Source: Octopus vulgaris
Taxonomy: Eukaryota
DNA: 64,000 nt
NCBI GenBank assembly: GCA_951406725.2
Contig: OX597829.1
Location: forward strand, 32,302,001-32,366,000
Reading direction: 5' to 3'
Each line of letters starts with the position of its first letter. Position 1 is the stretch's first letter. A program made the translations under genes and the position numbers. Positions 26,077-40,734 of this stretch are shown here, one piece after another. The notes below the pieces were generated by a model. It ran no database searches. It had not been told where the DNA came from and saw only the letters and a list, made by a program, of their open reading frames with translations.

Positions 26077-29000
26077 TGTGTGTGTAATGTATATAATGTA
26101 TGTGAAACAAAAGTGATCTGAGAAACAAGTCACTGACAACAGTTGTCCTCTTGTCTCCAAATAAGAAAAGTGAGGACATGGGTTTCTGCCTCAATGGGCA
26201 TCATCAGTACAGCAGTTGACTTTGACTTGAGATGTGGACATGTAGAAAAAAAGTGAAGAGCATTTGTAGCTTATGTAATTAGCATAATTAAGACAAAAAT
26301 GATCTAAGACAAATAAATGAATATGGCTAGTAGTATGAGTTGAGATAATTGATAAAGGTACATTATATACCATACAGGATAGATTCTTGGTTTATTGAAA
26401 TTATCTTTGTTTCAAGAGAAAGTATAGTATTGTCTTGTGTTTGATTTGTTTTGTGTGTTGTTTATGTTGGAACACAATGTCAGCTATATAATTCCCTTTG
26501 TTTAGTTGTAAACCTCATTAGTTTTCAGTGCACATAATATGGAAATATGGTAAAGTGCAATGGAAAGAAGCAGATTTGTAGTCCTACAAGCCCCCCCCCC
26601 CCCAAAAAAAACCTCAGTTACTCTGTTCTTTGAATCTACATCTTTAACTTAGCTGTTCTTGTTGAGATATTACACATCTAAGCATTTTAGATGTCAGCCT
26701 CAGCTGTGCATCAATGAATTCATTAATAGTTAATATTGTGTTGTGGTTGACATAAAATATTTACCTGCTTACTTTAGAATTGCATTAATCCTGAGTAAGA
26801 GTCATTAGTGTAGGTTTTTGTACATTTTCTAACAAACTCTCCTCACAGGTTATTGGTCAACTTGAGCTTATGGTAAAAGACATAGCCAAATAAACCATGT
26901 TGATATGAGATTCTTAATTGTGCAACAATAGAAGTAAAAAGAAAAAAGGAAATCAAGTTAAAGTTAAAATAGCAGTTTGTTTGAAATACCAAGAAAGAGA
27001 AAAGAAAAAGTGAATTTTTTAATATTTCCAGTTGCTTCATGAATCTATCAACAAACATTTAAAGTGAAAGTAACTTATTTAGACACAGTATTTCCAAAAG
27101 ATGAAATGGTACAACTATCCTGTTTAGTATAATTCTGTTCTGGATATTTTATAATTGATATCACTAAACATGCTAATGTTTAAACATACAGCTGTTACAA
27201 TTGTACATTTAAGTCATTGGACTATAGCCATACTAGGGTACTGTCTTCAAGGGTTTTAGTCAAACAAATTGGCTCCAACATTTATTTTTTTAAGCCTCAA
27301 ATTTGTTCTATGTATATTCATATAAAATTATATTGTAGGCCATTATATCTGATAGAAAGCACCAGCCATATGTTGATATTGTTTATCTGAGGCCCTGACA
27401 TATGTATTGCAATTATGACAATATCTGCAGAAACAGCCAGTCTATACATATGCACTGAAGCCTTAATCAAAAATTTCTCTGTTCTTAAACCTACTTAATT
27501 CTAATTCAAAGAAACATACATTTACACGCAACTCTCTCTGTTTTTCACTCTCCCTCTTTCACTATACAGTACATAGGTGTTTGTATGTATGTATGTATGT
27601 ATGGCAATAGCTTGTGTGTAGAGGAGAGGGCATGTAGGAAGGTTTCTTAAAACAAAGAAGATAATGAGATCTGTTTGACAAATAAGTTTGGATTGTTGAA
27701 GATTTGTTTGCTGTAGAATCAAAGATGAAGGTAGTAGATTCTGCCATATTTTAAGGAACACAATCTGATGTAATGTGCACGCACGCACGCACACACACAC
27801 TTTTATAATATACATCCTAAGACAGAAGTGAACTGTTGGAATAATACAGTGGATTTAAATACTGAAGAATCAATTAGCTAAAAAAGCAAATAAACATTTA
27901 AAGCTGATTGGGCAGTGCGTTGTCACATCTTAAAATTGATGGAATCTGCTGGATGTGTCAATTGACAAATATAAACATTATAAATGAGTGAAATAAAGCT
28001 AAATAAAATGAAGTGTTGATAAAGGAATATAAGACATTATAAGCACTGCTTCTGCAAAAGAAAAAAAAGTTGGCAAAAATCAAATGAGTTTGGGAAACAT
28101 CAATGAAGTAAAATGATAAAAAAATGAAAACAAGAGCGTGTGTGTTGTGTGTATGTGTGGGTGTATATTTATTTATTAAATTTTTGCTGTCAACATAGAT
28201 TACTCAAAGCTCTTTTCTTATCTCTGTGTTATCATTATCTTAGTAATTATCTAGTGTTAAATATTGTAGTGATTATCTAATGTTAATTATCCTAGTGATT
28301 ATCTAATTATTGTAATCAGTAATCAGACATGTACAAGTAGTATTTCACTAGATCTGTTTGGGCAGGTGACAGCAGTACCACAACACTCTCTCCCCACCAC
28401 ATAAGCATACTCACCTATAGACCCATGGTGATCTTTCTGTATGTGTATAGTTATTTATTATCATCATAGAGAAAGACAGTGAATTGGTAAAATTGCTAGA
28501 ACATTTACACCTCAACATTCCAAGTTCAAATTCCATTGAAGTTGATTTGCCTTACAAAACTGAAAAAAAATTATAATATCAGATTAGGTTAATGTCACAT
28601 TTTGTGATCTTGTATTTTGTATTGGAAATTCTTATTATTGGTAGAAACCTGGAAAATCATAATGTATATATTGTATGTTGGTAGATGACACAAATATTCC
28701 AATGCTTGTTGTTGGATTCACCATTTTTAGCTAATAATAATGCATCCATGGTATTCATTTACATCTTGGTAAATTTAAGCAATAGTGTCTCAACAATGGA
28801 CATGGCAGAGTGTGAATAGTAGAATACCAATTGATAGGACCTTTCAGTTTGTTTGTTTATGACTTATCAAGTACTGATAAGAATTCAAGAATACATCTTA
28901 GTTTTTCCATATATATCTTCAGATTGTTGAATAATACTATGTAAGCACATTTCTCTTTTACACCGTTTTTAATTTTTAACAATAGTTATTACAAATAAGG

Positions 29001-29385
29001 ACTTGAATTTGGATTTAATAATTATTTATTATTCAAATTTTTTGTGCCACTTGTTACTGCTTCAAGATGCTTCTTCCTGAAATTTCAACATGAAATTTGA
29101 AAACCAAATACACAGATAGCTCACACAGACATAATGACTAGAGCTTACATCCCTTGTATATTAATAATCATTTAAAACTAGATACATTTAGGTGCGCTAA
29201 TAATTTCATATAAAAAATTAGATTGTTATAATTGATAATTGAAATTATTATTATTATTATAATTCTTTTTACTATAAAACTCCGATTGTCGCACCTAGTT
29301 TTCTTACTATTTGAATGTAAATAAATAATATTGGTGAATATTATTTTTTGTTAGGTTTCAAAACTAATTTTGTGGTTATTTTTAG

Positions 29386-29461
29386 TTTCAGCCAGCTTGT
29401 CTCACCAAACCCTCCTGTCTCCAATAAGAAGAAAGCAGCCCCACCGACACAAGTCATTTAA
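29386..29461 (+). CDS. MAPK8IP3: Putative alternative terminal coding exon of JIP3/JIP4, (F)FSQLVSPNPPVSNKKKAAPPTQVI*
   Basis: Branch-like actaat, then ttatttttAG|TTTCAGCCAGCTT. It has the same phase-2 start TTTCAGC as the 63061 exon, forms a GC-richer coding-like island in very AT-rich DNA, and ends in TAA at 29459-29461 with no good donor. Confidence 0.7.
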
Positions 29462-30436
29462 TCTGCACTTATGAAGACAAATAGTTTTTTCTTTGGTCTC
29501 AACTTTGACATGAAACTTATTCATCAATACACACACATGTGCACACACACACACATGCACGCACACACACTTAAATATAAAAACTATAGTAACTATTTCG
29601 ATCACCTTTTTTTTTCCTGTGAAGAAAAAAGTGAAAATATAAAAATTATATTTTAATTTATTTTTATTTTTATATTTACTTTCATTTTTTAATATTTTAT
29701 TTCATTTATTTAAAAAAGAAAATGATAATTAAGATCATTTATTTGTAAGTAAAATGTTGAGGCCAAAGGAAAGATAAATTGCAATTGTCCTCGTTACTTG
29801 TAGATAATTGACAGGGTATTTAAAGGAAAGAAGTCTAAAAAGAAATTGATTTTTAAAAAAAAAGTCAAAGTAAAGTTAAATTCCAATCAATAGGGATCAA
29901 TAATCGATTGAAATGCTTACTATAGGCTTCAAAAAAAAAAAAGAAAATCATTTTTGACTAATTCTTTTGGCTCCTTTTCTGTTAAAATTTATGGTGCTGC
30001 ATTTTTTTTACCCACTAAAATCTGAGGGAGTGGTTTGTTTGATAAGTCTATTTGATAATTTAAATAGAAAGATAAAGTTTACTAAAAAAATTAATAAAAA
30101 TAAAAAAATACACACACAGAAAATTAAATCTATTTGGAGAAATCTTTAAATGGAAACAAAAACATTATATATACATATGTGTGTGTGCATGTGTGCACAC
30201 GTGTGTGTGTGTATATATGTATATGTATGTGTATAGATGTGTGTGTATGTATATATGTATATATATATATTGTGTATACATGCATATATATATATATATA
30301 TACACACATATATACACACATACATATGTATGCATATGTATTTAGATCTGGCATGTTGTCTTCTGTCCAGTCGCATGTTTTGATATTTGTAGTAACATGT
30401 GTATATATGTATATATAATAAATATATGTATATGAA

Positions 30437-30478
<42 letters not shown>

Positions 30479-31110
30479 AACATTATTCTCTGTATGTGTG
30501 TACATATATACAAATATATACACGTGTGTGTGTATATATATGTATATATATGAAAGAGAAAGCAAGCCTCCTGCCATATTTGATCCATATTGATCCCTGT
30601 TGGTTCAAATTGTTTCATGTTCTGTATTATTCAGGACATTATTTAACACATTCTATTATTGTATAATACATACCTAAATACTGTGATATACATACATGTT
30701 GTTATGTATATATAATAAAATAGGTAATATTATATATATATATATATAAAATATATATCTGCCATTGTATTTCAAATCCCCCGAAACAAATAAATTGTTT
30801 GTTTTTAATACATATTTTTTTTGTTTTTAATTTTTATAATTTTTAATATGGATCAAATGTGCAGGCTCTAAAGCTCTGTTGTACAAATATCAATTGTTAT
30901 GGATTGTTTGTTTTTTTCTTCAATTTTCTGTAAATTTATCTTTTGTCACTGCTTTATCTGTAATTTGTTTTCAAAGAGCTTGGCTTTAATATTTTTTCTT
31001 TTTCCTTTCTCCACGTGCATTTTTTTTTTTTGCATACTGTTTTGGAAAAGTGCAACATATTGCTTTTTTCTTCTTTTTTAAAAGAAAAAGAGAAATAAAT
31101 CAAAACAAAA
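29462..31110 (+). other. Putative 3' UTR of the short isoform, with candidate AATAAA signals at about 30714, about 30789 and 31094-31099
   Basis: About 1.6 kb of U/A-rich sequence with no recognisable transposon, directly after the stop. Repeats resume at about 31270. Confidence 0.45.
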
Positions 31111-32237
31111 AGAACCCCCAAATTATATTTCAAGTTTTGCTAAAAGAAAATTATATTTTTAAGCAAATTTTGATTATTTTCTTTCAATTATTTCACTATT
31201 TGGCTAGTGGCTTCTTTAAAAATCAAAACAAGCTTTTTTTTAAAATTATCCTTAGCTTTATTCAATACATTATGGTAATTGGAGATGGTCAATCAGATAT
31301 TGCCAAACTATATGCTTTCAAGTATTTAATTTTATCCTCTTCGTCTGATGTTCAAATCCTGTGAGAGTTGGCTTTGTTTATCATTGTTCTAAGGACCAGT
31401 AACTTGTGTCCACAGACAAGGCTCTTCACTTGATGCTGCTCCAGTCCAGTCAGTTGAAAATGAGTGCCAGGAGTAGTTGGTGATTAACCTTACAATGGAC
31501 AGGCATCCCGTCCAGGGGGGAGGTTTTCTACCCTCAGTCATTTAAATGGCTTACAAATTGGGTTAAGTTCTGACCTAAAGAATCTGTAAGCTTGAGGCAA
31601 TGTTTTTTTTTTTTTTTTTTACATACATTCAAGATAATTTATCTAATTGTGCCGTCCCTCTTTACAAAAATAGGCTTTTATGCTCTCCACAACCTCCATA
31701 TTAAAAATATAAATTATTTTTGTAGAATTACTTTCACTAAGGTTGGCATGTCCAACCCTTGTTTTTAAAATTCCAATTATATTTCTTTTGGTATTTTAAC
31801 AGCTTTTAATTAATTACAGTTAGTATCCATCCCTCTGCCTCCTCCTCCATTTTCGTTTCCTTTTCCTTTTTCTTTTGTTCTTTTCCTTCTTTTTCTTCTT
31901 CTTCTTCTTCTTCTTCACTGTCTTTCTATAAGTTCCATTCACCTAGATAATGTAGTTGACTCTTGTCTACATTAGCAATAAATATTTTCACTCATAATTT
32001 CAAGGTGGGGAAAAACCCCTCTATAATCTTCTCTATGAAATTAATCTTTACTAGTTATATGTATATATCCATATGTTTATACATATATGTATATTTGGGT
32101 GTGAATATATGTGTCTATGTATCTGTGTGTGTGTATACACACACGTACACACACACACACAGAGTTGAACCGATGTTTTCAAACAACTCTGATCACGAAT
32201 AAATCGTACTTTATCTCCTGTTCATATTCATTTAATA

Positions 32238-32347
32238 CAGTAGTACCTCAGTTTATGAACGCATCTGATCTCAAATATATATCTATATCTACCTATATAT
32301 ATATATATATTCGCAATCAGAGTTGTTCGAAAACTGAGGTACTGCTG
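32238..32347. mobile_element. Tiny pogo/Tigger-like MITE
   Basis: TA-CAGTAGTACCTCAGTTT...AAACTGAGGTACTGCTG-TA: 17-bp TIRs with one mismatch and a TA target duplication. Confidence 0.7.
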
Positions 32348-33022
<675 letters not shown>

Positions 33023-33024
33023 TA

Positions 33025-33915
33025 CAGGGAGTACCCAAAAGAAACCGGATTTTGCAATATTATTTTATTCACTTAGTTGTACATGTTTACACTTTTATTG
33101 CCTTCAAAATATTCTTCATTTGAAGCAATGCATTGCTCCAGACACATTTTCCACTGCTGGATTCTTGTGAAGTGATGTCTTTTAATGCCACCATTGTTTT
33201 TTTTTTTCTTCACCTCTTCCACATTTGCAAATTCTGTAGCACCAGTTTTTGTCACCAGTGATGACCTTTGAAAAAAGGCCTGGATCAATTTCCGACTGTT
33301 CTTTCAGTTCACAACATACATTCAGTCATGACTGCTTTTGATCTTCCATGAGCAAGCAAGGCACAAATTTTGCTGCAACTCTTTTCATTAGCAATCCTTG
33401 CTAAAAGTTCGTTGGCAGGGGCTTCAGGACACACCAGTCATATTGACAAGTTCATCAGTTGTTCGGCAACATTCCTCCGAAATCACTTCATGAATTTTCA
33501 TGATATTTTCTTTTGTTCAGGAGGTTGACTGTCACCCTGAATGAGGTTGGTCCGCAAGTGACGAGTGACCATTCCTAAAGCATGAAAGCCACTAGTAAAC
33601 TTGTTTTGCTCATGACAGTGTCCTTGTAAGTTGTTTGAAGCATGACAACTGTTTCGGCTGCTGTTTTCCCAACAGAAAATAGAATTTCACGGAAGTATGC
33701 TGTTCCTTTGTTTCAGCCATTGCAAAAATTTACGAACAGGGGAGAAGCACTGTAAAACAGAGATGCACCACATGGCAGTATTACCTCAATGGACAATGAG
33801 GTATGGACAGACTGATACCTGAGGGTTGCATCAAGTGGCTTCTAGCAGCAGAAGCCTGAACTACAATGGACCTGTCCCACAAGAATGCTTCTGGTTACTT
33901 TTGGGTATCCCTTTG
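33025..33915 (-). mobile_element. Internally deleted mariner element with both TIRs
   Basis: Left TIR TA-CAGGGAGTACCCAAAAGAAACCGG versus reverse complement of the right end CAAAGGGATACCCAAAAGTAACCAG. C-terminus EFANVEEVK...[20 protein letters not shown]. Confidence 0.8.
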
Positions 33916-34014
33916 TGTGCATAGAGAGAAACAATATTCCATCCAAAAATTAAAGTATTTAAAAAAATCAAAAAATATCAATTAGATTATGGCTGGGAGA
34001 TGACAGTTGCTGTC

Positions 34015-34170
34015 CCTAGTATCCACCACAACCCCAAGACAGCTCTAGCACCTGGTGCATGTGGTTCCAGGCTGTGTCCTTGGGAAGATCTTTGAATATT
34101 TCCTTAATCTTGGTTACTAGCTTGGCCTTGGTGGTAAAGTGGCTGGTCTCTTTCTCAACCACAACCCATA
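34015..34170 (-). mobile_element. Tc1/mariner transposase C-terminal fragment
   Basis: VWVVVEKET...TKAKLVTKIKEIFKDLPKDT...GGY. Confidence 0.55.
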
Positions 34171-34291
34171 CATTGTTATCTGTGTGTGTGGGCATGTGTA
34201 TATACATGTGTGTGTGTGTGTATGTACATATGTTTGTGTATGTACATATGTTTGTTTATATTTGCATGGATATATATGTTTATATATGTAG

Positions 34292-34331
<40 letters not shown>

Positions 34332-34397
34332 GTGTGCATGCATATATGTATGTGTGTGTGTATAATACAATGTATAATACATACATGTATACATAGA

Positions 34398-34446
<49 letters not shown>

Positions 34447-36877
34447 TTCAGTAAATATTTTAATCCATGCTGATCTAATATAGTAATTAAAAAGGGCAAT
34501 ATAATCTAATATGTTTTTGTTAATTATTGTGAACCAAGTAATGTACAAAATAGTTACACAATTATTTTTCATTTCATTTTATATTTCTAAATATTTGTAA
34601 ATATAAGAAATTTATTTAGAATTTAATTAATCAAGAAGTAAAAACAGTATCTTTAACCCTTTTAGGATGACATTTCAGATGAAAAACATCACCTGTGAAT
34701 TTCACTTAGCTTTGAAATAATCTGGAGAGATTTTATAAAAAATTACCATTTCATTATGAAGTTGGTTTAGAACAAACTTTAACAAAGCAAAGATATGAAT
34801 GAATAAATTATATTATAAATAAAATAGTTAAATTAAAGTCCAAGTCTTAACTTAGGCTTTGTTTAATACTCAAAGATGGTCTCAAATGAATTGGCATTGA
34901 AACATTTAATGGAATCTGTTCTTGGAGACTCCTAAAATGCCTTGATATTAATATTTACTTAAAATATAACAATTCCATAGAGTTAGTGCTTAAGTTTTGG
35001 TTGTAGCATTTGATGACTAGGAGATAAATATCCTCTAGGATAGGACATTATTAATTTTTACTAGTGACTTTTACTAAAGGTTCTTATTCATAATTCCACA
35101 TAGTAGTTATTGTTGATTAGCATCAGGTCTGCTCTGATTCAGCATAGATATCTGTGACCAAAGTTCTTTCATCCATGACCATCACTTTTTTTTTTTTTTA
35201 AGGTACAACGCACCCAGTGTTGTATTCTCCTGTGTCTTTCACTTTCCAATATGGGAAAGTGTGTGATAGGGAGATTTGGTTGATATTTCTAGCAAGATTT
35301 TTTCATCAGGTTGTAACTCACATTAAAGTTCTATGATGAACTGAGTGAAAACAGGGATCAGGACACCTGAAATAGATTTCGATTTACTGATTATTTATAG
35401 ACCTTAGCTGGTAGTCCAACTAATCAGCTCATCTAAAACTACCTCATTATGAACAACCGATAAATAATTGATTTTTAGCTAGATATAAATTTGCAAAATG
35501 GTACAGAGTCGGTCCGTCTGCAATAGTGCCAACAGTTTAACAAGTAATTAGCTGAAATATAAACAAGCTGTTTGTCATGGACATACATACTTGTGTGCAT
35601 TTACATGCACATTGCATGTAGTTATTTCTCATTCTGAAGATGGACCTATTCTGATAGTTTTTAATAAGAGCAACGATCAGTTTTTAAAAAATATATTTTG
35701 AAGTCCTAACAGTTTAAGAGATGTTACTGTGTTGTCAGGGATGTAGTACAAATGAGTCCAAAAACACCATCTTCAGTGACTACTACTACATTTAGCTACA
35801 ACCATTCCTTATGTAAGCCTCATTGACTATGGCCACTGCCTTTGGAATACTCCAGCTAATTTACCTAAGTGTAAATTTTTGTTTACAGTGATTAGGTGTT
35901 GCCATTGGAAAAAAAAAAACAAACAAACAGAGCAGTATTACTTTCACTTGTGTTTGTACTGTCATTAATTTTGTTTATGTTGATTATGTTGGTGATGGTG
36001 ATTCTGTTTATAAATTGTTAAAATATTTCTGATTCCCTCCTCAATATCATTGGCATTAAACTTATTTCATAGTCTAAAAGCTGTTACTGCTTAAAAAATT
36101 TGTTGAAGTAAAAAAAAAAAAAAAAAAAGATATGTTATTTAGGATGGATTATATTTTAATATAAAGCAGTTTAATGAGAAAACGGCAACAATATGATACG
36201 AAAAAAAAAGTTCTCTGAACTGAAACAGTTATATACCTCTCACTCACATTATTTGCATGTTATTATTTCTTACACTCTTTCCCACAAACCAGAATCCCCT
36301 CCTCCTCCTCCTCCTCCTCTTCCAGTAAAACTCCCTAACTCTAATTAAATAAAGTCGCTGTTTGGTGGGTAGACTAACTGATGCTTCTACCAGCAATGTG
36401 GAAAACTTAATCTTCGATGTTGCAACAGTGAAGATGATAATTATGTTCTGATTTCGGCACAAGGCCAGCAATTTCGAGAGGAGGCCATTGCCTGATTTTA
36501 AAAATTTTTATTGACCCTGCAAGGATGAAGGGCATAGTTCACTCCAGCAGGATTTGAACTCAGAATATAAAAAGCCTAAACAAATGCTACAATGATATTT
36601 GTTCCTGACACTGTCACAATTCTGAATTATTTTTCTATGTCACAATTCCTTTCGTAACAGGAATGCTAGATAATTAAATGCTCAATAAGTATTGCAGGTG
36701 TTTCCTGTTGTAGACTTGGGTTAAAGTTATGGTTGAAATCACAGTCTAGCAAGGTCATATTTTGATGACTGGCCAGTGGAAGAAAAGAATAAACCTGTGT
36801 GTGTGTGCGAGTGCGTATGTGTATGTGTGTATATATATACACACACACACACACACATATATACACACATATACATA

Positions 36878-37130
36878 CTCTTTTACTTGTTTCAGTCATT
36901 TGACTGAGGCCATGCTGGAGCACCGCCTTTAGTCAAGCAAATCAAACCCAGGACTTATTCTTTGTAAGCCTAGTACTTATTCTATCGGTCACTTTTGCCG
37001 AACCGCTAAGTTATGGGGATGTAAACACACCAGCATTGGTTGTTAAGCGATGTTGGGGGACAAACACAAACACATAAACACACATATATTTATATATATA
37101 TACATATATACGACGGGCTTCTTTCAGTTA
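36878..37130 (-). mobile_element. CORE-like SINE, 3' half
   Basis: ttttacttgtttcagtcatttgactgaggccatgctggagcaccgcctttagtc..., close to 57517-57770. Confidence 0.8.
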
Positions 37131-38992
37131 ATGTCTTGTGATATTTGCTTCTGCATATTCTCTGTATTCTGAGTTTGAATTCCACTGAGGTGAACTTTGT
37201 CTTTCATCCCTTCTGATTTGTGGAATTTTTAGAACATCAGATGTGATACCGTGCATATAGTTCTAATTCTGTGCATTTTGAGTTCAAATCTTGCCTCATC
37301 AGGGGTGGGGGGGATGGCTGTCACCACACATGCAAAGTCTCACATATATGTGCACTTTTCACTTTTGCAGTTTCCAAATTACCAAATTCAACTTCTGAAG
37401 TCAATATTGTATTATTATAACTAATATTCTTTGATTGGATTTGTTTAATTGAATATGGTCATCTTGAGTCCATTACGGGAAGGGGCTTTCAGACAAGCAT
37501 TTTGATTCTCAGTCCTTATTTCTGCATGGTGCATATTTTGAGTGGCTAATTTTTTTAAATGCCAAGTTTAACTATTTGATGTTATCAAATCCCAAAACAC
37601 AAACACACACACAAATATATCTCACACAGTACCAGTCAAGTTAAAGTTATAGAAAACAGTTGCCTGCCCATTGTGATGCACAGTGCAATTGAAAATAGAA
37701 CTACATGATTGTGACCCAAACTTCTTAACCACACATCGATACATGTACACATACACATGCATATAAATGTGTATGTATGCATGTGTGTATTTGTTGCTCA
37801 TGTATATTTGTGAAAGATATAAACAGAAGTGAGGAAAAGGAAAGAAAACAAAGTTCTTTCAAATAAAAATACTTTGTATTTCTTCAACTCAAGTTGCACA
37901 GACAATCTCTTGGCATTCTCACTGTTATTAATGCAGTGATTGGACCATTAAAATCCATAACTGTTTTTATGGGACTTAATGGGCTGTATAAACATAAGAA
38001 TAATGTTTTTATGCGTGATTAAATACACTGTATTTTAATGAATTGTAAAAACACAACTTTAGTATAAGTTTTACATGTTAATGCACTATCTTAGTATAAA
38101 ATAGACATTAAAGCAGTATTCAAAGTTTTAGTGTAAATTAAAATATTTAAACATTGAAAAATGTGCTAAACACAATTTTTACATGTTTTTGATTTGTGTT
38201 TAACTATTAAAGACATTTTAAAGGTGTTTTTTAATAGTGTTAAAAAAAGCATTTTTCACCATATACTATAGAAAAGCTACAAATATATCACAATCTCCAT
38301 ATGTTTTGCAGCTGCTTCTTTGTTACAATAATAAAGTACACTATTTATCAATCAGTTTAGCATGTGAAGATGCATTTAATATTTATAACATAATTACATG
38401 TTTAAGTCACACATACTCTTTTTGTTGTGTGTGGGTAAATATATATACAGGATTACATGCCAAAACATTTCCCTGGGTCCTCTCTAATTTGTAACTCTGC
38501 TTAAGAGTTTTCTTGTAGTCTCTCCAAGCTAACATAGTTATGTAACTGTAATATACATATTTGGTTTGTTTGATTTGAAAATAGATCTGTTACCAATAAA
38601 CCAAATAATATTGTGTAGACATGAAGCATTTGATGTGATAAATTTTTAATGCCATACAGCATGACTACAAAACTATCTGCTTTTTAAGCAGCCATTTAAC
38701 AATGCTCCTTGCATACTCTGGTTGTATTGTATTGTACACTTGAAAAATAGCCAAGTAAGTGCCATTGAATGGAACCTGTTCTGTGTTGGGCTTCCTAATT
38801 TAACTTCTTCCTATCTCCCATACACGTGACCATGTTATGTTGTAAAGAAAACAAACAGTAATGTATAATAACGATTTTTGACATTGATTAATAATGATAA
38901 TAATAATTTCAAATTTTGGCAGAAGGCCAGCAATTTTGTAGGAGGGGGTAAGTTGATTACATCAACCCCAGTGCTCTACTGGTACTTATTTT

Positions 38993-39197
38993 GGTTACAG
39001 GTAAGTTCATCGCCATCAATTTATCACAGGGAAAATTCATCACCATCAACTCACCATGAGGAAAGTTCACCAAGAAAATGTATCCATAGTATCTCACCAG
39101 TAATAGTTCAAAAATATTTTATTGAGATAAAAAACAGTGAATTAACGACTGAACTTTCCCTGTGGTGAATTGATGATGGTGAACTTACTGGAGATGA
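38993..39197. mobile_element. MITE with about 40-bp imperfect TIRs and subterminal repeats, inserted into a SINE
   Basis: gtaagttcatcgccatcaatttatcacagggaaaattca versus reverse complement gtaagttcaccatcatcaattcaccacagggaaagttca. ttatttt occurs on both sides, and the SINE text resumes after the insertion. Confidence 0.7.
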
Positions 39198-39691
39198 TTT
39201 ATTTTATTGTCTCTGAAAGGACGAACGGCAAAGTTGACCTCCGTGAAATTTGATATCCCTTCTAGTATAGGCAAAAGGTTTGAAATTTGTGGGAGGAAGG
39301 TCAATCAATTATACTGACCCTAGTATTCTACTGGTATTTATTTCATTGACTCTGTAAAGATGAAATGCAATGTTGACCACAGTGGAATTTGAACTCAGAA
39401 TGTAAATCTGAAATACTCCTAAGCATTTTGTCTAGTGTGCTATTGATTCTGTCAGCTTGGTCCCTTAATAATAATAATAATTGTTTCTATTATATGCACA
39501 AAACCAGCAATTTTGAGTAATGAAATACAAAAGCTATCATTTGTCCATGAACATACTGTAAAATAACATTTCTCTTGAACATCAATATTTGCATTAAGGG
39601 GCTGTGTGTGATTGACTATCATGAGAATTTTATAAACCTTTGGAAAATGTGAAATATATATTTTTGAACAATATATCTCGAAGCACTTGAA

Positions 39692-39822
39692 GCTATAAAT
39701 AATAGAATGTGAATGCTGGGTTGGAAGACTCTTTTGGATAGAAAATTTTGGGATCGAACAACTTTCAACTTCTCCTATCCAAAAGGATTTTTCAACTCAA
39801 TATTTCCATTATTATTTGTAGG
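39692..39822. repeat. Imperfect inverted repeat, probably a MITE relic
   Basis: ctataaataata...cttttggatag versus ctatccaaaagg...tattatttgtag. Confidence 0.6.
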
Positions 39823-40734
39823 CAGCAATGTTTAATGTTCCCTTCCCATCCAAATTATTATTAACAAAAATACAAGGTAATAAGATTGTATCCTTTAGAT
39901 AATTCTTTTTATATTATATAGATTTATTTTATATAAAAGAAAATTATATCAGATTATAGTAGGCTGTCCACTCCGTTTTTCTGTGTGTGACTTCCATGGG
40001 TTTTTAAAACCATTTAAGCTCCCAAATCGAGATTTGTATTTATACATGGGAACATATTTATACATGGGTTTTTACAGTAATTTTTGCTGTAATTGTAATC
40101 TGATTAGTAATAAAACAATGATAGTATAGGAGTTGTAATAACAATAACAGATTTGTTTGGTCACATAGGGCAATAAAGAGGGAGCAGCTTTACAGTGATT
40201 TGACCTGCCAGGTGTAGAAGATGAATGTCCCTCAAAATGATACCTTAACATACCATTTTAAATGGAAGGTGTGTATCTAGGATAGTGTAGTCTAAGGTAC
40301 ACTGTACCTTAAACAAAACCATGTCAGATAAATGTGTAGTCAAATAAATTTTAAAACCTGAGTAAAAGACTGGATGGTCATGATTGGTGTGCCTTTGATT
40401 TAACCTGTTAGATAAGGAAATCATCTGGAACTAAACAACACTCACTCACATGCTACGAATATTTCATATCCAGAGCCTTGAAGCCATTAAATTATAGATT
40501 TCTATTATATAATTGTTTTACAAGGAGAAGGGTAATAGTAACTTCAAAGTTTCAGACTGCTAGCAGTCGTCCAACAAATATATATATATAATAATATATA
40601 TATTATTTTTCATGCAATTATTGCAGCCTGTATTTATTCATGCATGCCTGTGCTTGCACACACACACACAATGGGATTTGTAGGTTCTGTCTGCCAAATT
40701 TACTGTTATCCCAAAGCTGAACTTGCCATTTACC

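Noticed and set aside
26460-28130. Faint Cys/His-rich traces (PHD-like at about 26470-26580 minus; hAT/BED-like at about 27890-28050 plus)
   Set aside because: Too degenerate to support by eye; needs tblastx against TE libraries.
37371-37400. ttttgcAG|TTTCCAAATT..., which looks like another FF-starting alternative exon
   Set aside because: It matches the SINE motif cagtttccgtctaccaaatcc and stops after 8 codons.
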